Source: Deltaproteobacteria bacterium (GTDB taxonomy: Bacteria; Myxococcota; SpSt-1050). From it: a stretch of DNA of 64,000 nucleotides. Shown here piece after piece: positions 59,423-64,000 of the stretch; within the stretch, counting starts at the first letter, position 1; the number at the start of each line of letters is the position of its first letter. The notes beneath the pieces were generated by a model. That model saw only the letters and a program-made list of their open reading frames with translations. It was not told where the DNA came from and made no database searches. The position numbers were made by a program, and so were the translations under genes. The stretch is from assembly GCA_026416535.1 (NCBI GenBank), contig JAOAFA010000059.1, positions 61,941 to 125,940 of the forward strand, given 5' to 3'.

Positions 59423-59788
59423 ATGGGAGGTAGTGCAATACTCTTTACAGGGGATAAGTTTGATGGTAGTATGAGTCTGAAAATGGAAGGGAATACGTGG
59501 AAGACGCAGAATATTAATCAGATAAGGCTCAACAGGGGGAGTGTATTGAGAATTGCAGTAAAGGTTCCGCTAAAAGGGGAGCTTAAGGGGATAGGGGTGG
59601 GGGATGGGCAGAGACAGCTTTTGTATGTTTTGCAGGGGACACAGTATGGGTGGAATGCGGAGTGGGTGAATTACCGGTATTTTAATACGCTACCGCATAA
59701 TCAGTGGAATGTGTATGAGATACCTGTGGGGGCAGACTGGTATGGTAGGTATGGGTATTATCCGAATAGTATATTTTTACGAAGTTAG
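59423..59788 (+). CDS. hypothetical protein; possibly the 5' part of a frameshifted gene continuing in ORF 59709-59921
   Basis: A GGGAGG-like site lies upstream. The product is Trp/Tyr/Gly-rich. An overlapping +1-frame ORF continues to 59921 past a TTTTT run near 59775. Confidence 0.3.
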   Translation: MGGSAILFTGDKFDGSMSLKMEGNTWKTQNINQIRLNRGSVLRIAVKVPLKGELKGIGVGDGQRQLLYVLQGTQYGWNAEWVNYRYFNTLPHNQWNVYEIPVGADWYGRYGYYPNSIFLRS

Positions 59789-60365
59789 GAAAGACTTGGA
59801 TAGTAAACGGGATGTTGGTTTGGCTACCTCAATTGCGATGGATTCTAATGGTAAGGTACATATTAAGTTAAGTTATTATAGTTATTCTGGGCAGGATTTG
59901 ATGTATATAACGAATAAGTAAGATATTTGTCTATGTGCATTTGATCCATAAGTCTTATATCCAATTCATTAAGTGCTCTTTCTATCTGTGTTTGCTCATA
60001 TTCTAATTCTACAAGGCTATACAAATCTACTTGATTATGATAGTGGTTACTCTCAAAAGATATCTGCTGTTGATAAGGTATATTCAAAATTCTGAGTTGT
60101 GAGAATATTGACCTAGTAGGATGTTGGTGATGAAGGAGGTTTATTTTAAGCGATTGTGCATTATGTTCACAAATGTTTAATTGTTTCAAATAATGCCTTT
60201 TATATAAGTTCTCATTTCTATTACTATACCTCCACTCCAACTCCTTTAGGTAATATACAAAAAACTCTTATTATAAGACTCTGTTTTACAAAATTTATTT
60301 GAATAAAGTTTCAAATTAGGTTAATCACTATAAACCATTTTCAAGGAGAAGGTCGGATAGGTAAT

Positions 60366-62954
60366 ATGATTAACAATAAAGATATGGTACAAGAATCAGC
60401 CTTAACTCCGATGATGCACCAGTATCTACAGATCAAGAGTCAATATCCTGATTGCATACTATTTTTTAGGCTTGGAGATTTTTATGAAATGTTCTTTGAG
60501 GATGCAATAAATGTCTCAAAGCTACTCAATCTGGCGCTCACGTCACGCTCTCGAGGAGATGAAAAAGTCCCCATGTGTGGAGTTCCTCACCACTCAGCAA
60601 AGTATTATATAAATAAACTTTTGGATATGGGTCATAAGGTTGCAATTTGTGATCAGGTTGAGGATCCAAGATTAGCAAAAGGGATTGTTAAGAGAGAGGT
60701 AACGCGAATTGTCACGCCGGGTATGGTACTGGATAGTGATACACTAGATGCAGATAAGTTTAATCTGATTTGTGCAATATATCATGAAAGAGATACGTAT
60801 TCGGCTGCCTTTCTTGATCCTTCTACGGGGGACCTCTTTGTGGCAGAATTACTCGATATAGTTGATGTTGTAGAGAGGATAAGACTAATGGAACCAAGAG
60901 AGATATTGATTTATAGTAGTTCGAAAGCAAGAGATCTGATAAGGGTTTTCGAAAAAGAAAGGATATCCTATTCTATAGCAGATGACAAGCTTGTGGAACG
61001 CTCGTGTAATACAGAATTTAACGCTCAACTAAATGAAGGGGTAATAGGAGCTATAAAAATAATAATCAATTACGTAGAGACATTACAAAAAAGGCAGATT
61101 GCACTTATAAAAGAACCTATTTTAGTAGATGAGAAAAAGTATCTCTACTTAGATGAGACATGTAAGAGAAATCTGGAGATATTCGTTAATTCACTAGATC
61201 AAAAAAAACATGGCTCGTTGTTTTGGGCTATTGATAAAACAAGTTCGGCGATGGGCTCTAGAATGCTGAGGCGCTGGCTACAATATCCACTCGTTGATAT
61301 TGTAGAGATAAATAAAAGATACGATGCCATTGATGAACTGAGAGAAGATACTATTAGACTTTCAGAACTCTCAGGATTTATGAAGGAGATAGCGGATATT
61401 GAGAGGTTGTCTTCAAAAATAGGGTATAGGCATGCAAATCCAAAAGACCTAATAGCGTTAAAGAATAGCATTAGGCCAGTAGCAAAGATAAAGGAAATTA
61501 TATCTCAAATGCATTCCGAATTGGTATCACACATAAACAAAAAGATTGACCTTCTTTCAGACGTGTTCGAAATTATTGATCGCAGGATTGTTGATGACCC
61601 ACCCACTACAATAGATGAAGGTGGAATAATAAAAACTGGATATAGCAATGAATTAGATGAACTAGTACGAATATCTAAGGATTTAAAATCTATAATAGCA
61701 AGTATAGAGGATCGTGAGAGGACCAGGACAGGAATCAACTCACTCAAGGTCAGATACAACAAGGTCTTCGGATATTACATAGAGATAACCAAACCCAATC
61801 TTCATCTAGTGCCTAAAGACTATATTAGAAAACAGACTATGGTAAACTCTGAGAGGTTTATCACAGAGGAGCTAAAAACTCTTGAAGAAAAGGTGTTGAC
61901 ATCTGATGAAAAGAGGAAGGCTCTTGAGTTAGACATCTTTATGAATACTCTTGAAGAGATTTCAAAAGAGACAGATAGGATAAAGCAAACAGCTATAGGT
62001 CTTGCAGAATTAGATGCTTTAATCTCCCTGGCACTTATCTCCCTAGAAGAAAATTATGTAAGGCCTGAGATAACCAATGAAAATATCATAGATCTATCAA
62101 ACGCAAGGCATCCCGTTTTATCTAAATTAATAGGTTATAACAGATATGTGCCTAATGACATACACTTAAATACTGAAGACATTCAGGTCATGATAGTTAC
62201 AGGGCCAAATATGGCAGGAAAGTCCACACTTATGAGGATGACTGCTCAGATTGTATTACTTGCTCAGATTGGATCATTCGTGCCTGCAACAAGTGCAAAG
62301 ATAGGTATAGTAGATCGCATATTTACTAGGGTGGGAGCGAGCGATTTCCTAACTAGAGGGCTCTCGACTTTTATGGTAGAGATGATGGAGGTAGGAACAA
62401 TCCTTAAGAAGGCAACTAAAAAATCACTGATTCTTCTTGATGAGGTGGGCAGGGGGACATCGACATTTGATGGTATATCCATTGCATGGGCAATAGCGGA
62501 AGAAATCCATGATAGAATCTGTGCGCGCACTATTTTTGCTACTCACTATCACGAACTAACAGATCTTGCTTTAACAAAACCCAGAATAAGAAACTTTAGT
62601 GTGGCCGTGAAGGAGTTCAATAATGAGATAATATTTTTATACAAGCTCATGTCTGGAGGCACAAGTCTTTCATATGGTATTCAGGTAGCCAAATTAGCTG
62701 GTATCCCAGATTCAGTTATCAGAAGGGCTCAGGAGATATTAAAAAATCTTATGGAGACAGAATTTGATGATATTGGTAGACCAAGACTTTCCAAATCAGA
62801 GAAGAGAGAGTCTAGTTCACAACTAAACCTATTTCATACTAATGCTAAAAATGAGATACTAAGAGAGATAGAAGAAATAGATATCAATAAACTAACACCG
62901 CTTGATGCACTAAACTTTTTATTTAAGATAAAAGAGAGACTAAAAAGCAGATAA
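60366..62954 (+). CDS. mutS: DNA mismatch repair protein MutS
   Basis: 'TPMMHQYLQIK', 'GDFYEMFFEDA' (the mismatch-binding Phe region), Walker A 'TGPNMAGKST', 'LLDEVGRGTST', 'FATHYHELT'. It encodes 862 aa. Confidence 0.9.
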   Translation: MINNKDMVQESALTPMMHQYLQIKSQYPDCILFFRLGDFYEMFFEDAINVSKLLNLALTSRSRGDEKVPMCGVPHHSAKYYINKLLDMGHKVAICDQVEDPRLAKGIVKREVTRIVTPGMVLDSDTLDADKFNLICAIYHERDTYSAAFLDPSTGDLFVAELLDIVDVVERIRLMEPREILIYSSSKARDLIRVFEKERISYSIADDKLVERSCNTEFNAQLNEGVIGAIKIIINYVETLQKRQIALIKEPILVDEKKYLYLDETCKRNLEIFVNSLDQKKHGSLFWAIDKTSSAMGSRMLRRWLQYPLVDIVEINKRYDAIDELREDTIRLSELSGFMKEIADIERLSSKIGYRHANPKDLIALKNSIRPVAKIKEIISQMHSELVSHINKKIDLLSDVFEIIDRRIVDDPPTTIDEGGIIKTGYSNELDELVRISKDLKSIIASIEDRERTRTGINSLKVRYNKVFGYYIEITKPNLHLVPKDYIRKQTMVNSERFITEELKTLEEKVLTSDEKRKALELDIFMNTLEEISKETDRIKQTAIGLAELDALISLALISLEENYVRPEITNENIIDLSNARHPVLSKLIGYNRYVPNDIHLNTEDIQVMIVTGPNMAGKSTLMRMTAQIVLLAQIGSFVPATSAKIGIVDRIFTRVGASDFLTRGLSTFMVEMMEVGTILKKATKKSLILLDEVGRGTSTFDGISIAWAIAEEIHDRICARTIFATHYHELTDLALTKPRIRNFSVAVKEFNNEIIFLYKLMSGGTSLSYGIQVAKLAGIPDSVIRRAQEILKNLMETEFDDIGRPRLSKSEKRESSSQLNLFHTNAKNEILREIEEIDINKLTPLDALNFLFKIKERLKSR

Positions 62955-62967
62955 GTCTTAATTTAAT

Positions 62968-63816
62968 TCATTTGCTTTTTATTTCCTTAAGTTTTTTTTG
63001 TGCCATTGCTGCATATTTCGACTTTGGATATTTTCTTACGAGCTCCTCTAAAATACCTCTGCCGTCATCCTTAAGTGAAATATTTATGAAGGAAATACCC
63101 ATCTTAAATAATACTTCGTCCAAAGAGTCAAAATTCGACGGATTGTCTCTTATTATCTTTTCATATTCAAGGATTGCATTTTGGAATTTTCCCTCACGAT
63201 AGTAGCTCTCCGCTATTAGCATGATTATCTCATACTTGTTCGAATCGTTCCATTTGTTGAGGGCCTCGTCAAAAATTACTCTTGCAGCCTCCCATTGTTT
63301 ATCAGCTAAAAATTTTTTCCCCAATGCTATGTACTCTTTCCTAGTAGAAGGCCTCTTTATGGCTGATAATCTCTCCTGGCCGCTCTCCTGCCTCTCAACA
63401 ATTTTTTGAGAGGGTTGTTGTAAAAGTTTATTGTAGGCCTCCTTTAGCTTGTTGAGTTCTACATTTAATTCTTCTATTCTATGAACATTTAATTCATATT
63501 TACCGTTTAACTCCATTATAGAATTTATAACTTTATCAAGTTGGACACCAAAGTCTGCTACGTTACTTCCGTAGGTGCTTCTTATGTTCTCAAGTGATTG
63601 AGATAATTTTTGTGCCTCTCTATCATAGTTCCTGAGTTTCTCTTCTGTGGTTTGTTGGTCTAAGTAATGCCTCTCTTTTAAATTTTTTAGCTCAGTCTTC
63701 AACCTGTTTATTTCATCCATCATCTGTTCACCTTCCTCACGCGATAAAAATATGAAACAGCCTCCCAGTAAAACAACGCATATTCCTATCATCAGAATTG
63801 TTGATTTATATTTCAC
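62968..63816 (-). CDS. cpoB: CpoB/YbgF-like Tol-Pal-associated protein (N-terminal anchor, coiled coil, C-terminal TPR)
   Basis: An N-terminal hydrophobic segment, a roughly 120-aa coiled coil and C-terminal TPR units ending 'ELVRKYPKSKYAAMAQKKL' match the CpoB architecture. It lies 16 nt downstream of a pal-like gene. The start codon is GTG. Confidence 0.55.
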   Translation of the reverse strand: MKYKSTILMIGICVVLLGGCFIFLSREEGEQMMDEINRLKTELKNLKERHYLDQQTTEEKLRNYDREAQKLSQSLENIRSTYGSNVADFGVQLDKVINSIMELNGKYELNVHRIEELNVELNKLKEAYNKLLQQPSQKIVERQESGQERLSAIKRPSTRKEYIALGKKFLADKQWEAARVIFDEALNKWNDSNKYEIIMLIAESYYREGKFQNAILEYEKIIRDNPSNFDSLDEVLFKMGISFINISLKDDGRGILEELVRKYPKSKYAAMAQKKLKEIKSK

Positions 63817-63832
63817 TTTCAGTAGGTAGTCT

Positions 63833-64000
63833 TTATTTCAGCACAAAATCATCTCTGCGGTTCTTTGCCCAGCACTCCTCATTAGATTCCCTGCAAATTG
63901 GCCTTTCCTTCCCATAGCTTATAGTGTCAATTTTTATATTTAACCCTAGATTTTTAAGATACTTCTTGGCAGCATCAGCTCTTTTTTGACCGAGTGACAT
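63833..64000 (-). CDS. pal: peptidoglycan-associated lipoprotein / OmpA-family C-terminal domain (3' end only; the gene continues beyond the window)
   Basis: The reverse-strand translation '...LGQKRADAAKKYLKNLGLNIKIDTISYGKERPICRESNEECWAKNRRDDFVLK*' is the OmpA_C/Pal consensus (LS.RRA.AV..YL...GV....I...SYGEE.P.......EA...NRRV). Confidence 0.7.
   Translation of the reverse strand: MSLGQKRADAAKKYLKNLGLNIKIDTISYGKERPICRESNEECWAKNRRDDFVLK

Noticed and set aside
1-64000. CRISPR arrays, rRNA and tRNA genes, IS elements, integrases, prophage blocks
   Set aside because: I scanned the non-coding stretches for regularly spaced direct repeats and the ORF translations for DDE/tyrosine-recombinase, RT or Cas motifs. 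I found none. Apart from the Cys-module repeat (30769-31899) and the 17-mer pair at 37273/37381, I saw no tandem or interspersed repeats.

Overview
This is a 64-kb, low-GC (about 35%) bacterial chromosomal segment with dense coding on both strands and Shine-Dalgarno sites of the AGGAGG type. The gene content points to a diderm organism: two FadL/OmpP1-type outer-membrane barrels, the pal-cpoB end of a Tol-Pal cluster at the window edge, an RseP site-2 protease, and many lipoproteins with lipobox cysteines.

From 5' to 3' the window contains:
- The distal part of a complex I operon (nuoL, partial, then nuoM and nuoN), apparently co-transcribed with a degenerate SDR/epimerase-like gene, a lipoprotein, psd and rtcB.
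- An outer-membrane protein, GNAT, MetH-activation-domain and GT1 block.
- A minus-strand oxidative-stress trio: Fe/Mn SOD, Tpx and a nitroreductase.
- A lidless Hsp70, a J-domain protein and an Slt-type lytic transglycosylase.
- rpmB; a C69 dipeptidase; a flavin reductase and a PHA-granule-like small protein; two secreted hypotheticals.
- A long acyl-CoA dehydrogenase; an aminotransferase; Ppx/GppA; an aspartokinase-like ACT protein; comEA.
- A secreted protein with fourfold 6-Cys repeats; an M23 peptidase.
- A translationally coupled four-gene unit: a secreted M49 (DPP III-like) peptidase with a pentapeptide HELAH zinc motif, a TPR lipoprotein, an ACD-beta/ATP-grasp-like protein that lacks the catalytic His, and a small secreted protein.
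- galT; a lipoprotein, FadL-type barrel and hybrid sensor kinase unit.
- A three-domain fusion of a cNMP-binding domain, acetate kinase and a PduL phosphotransacylase.
- The conserved rpsB-tsf-pyrH-frr-uppS-cdsA-dxr-rseP-tsaB cluster.
- A TPR protein, glmM, pdxJ, a pseudouridine synthase, mutS, and cpoB and pal on the minus strand.

I found no CRISPR array, tRNA or rRNA gene, or transposase/integrase signature. The features that best repay follow-up are the cNMP-AckA-PduL fusion, the Cys-repeat secreted protein, the His-less ACD-beta paralogue in its coupled operon, the aspartokinase-like pseudo-enzyme, the SDR-like gene fused to the nuo operon, and three unusually long non-coding regions (46027-46796, 54655-55366, 58782-60365).
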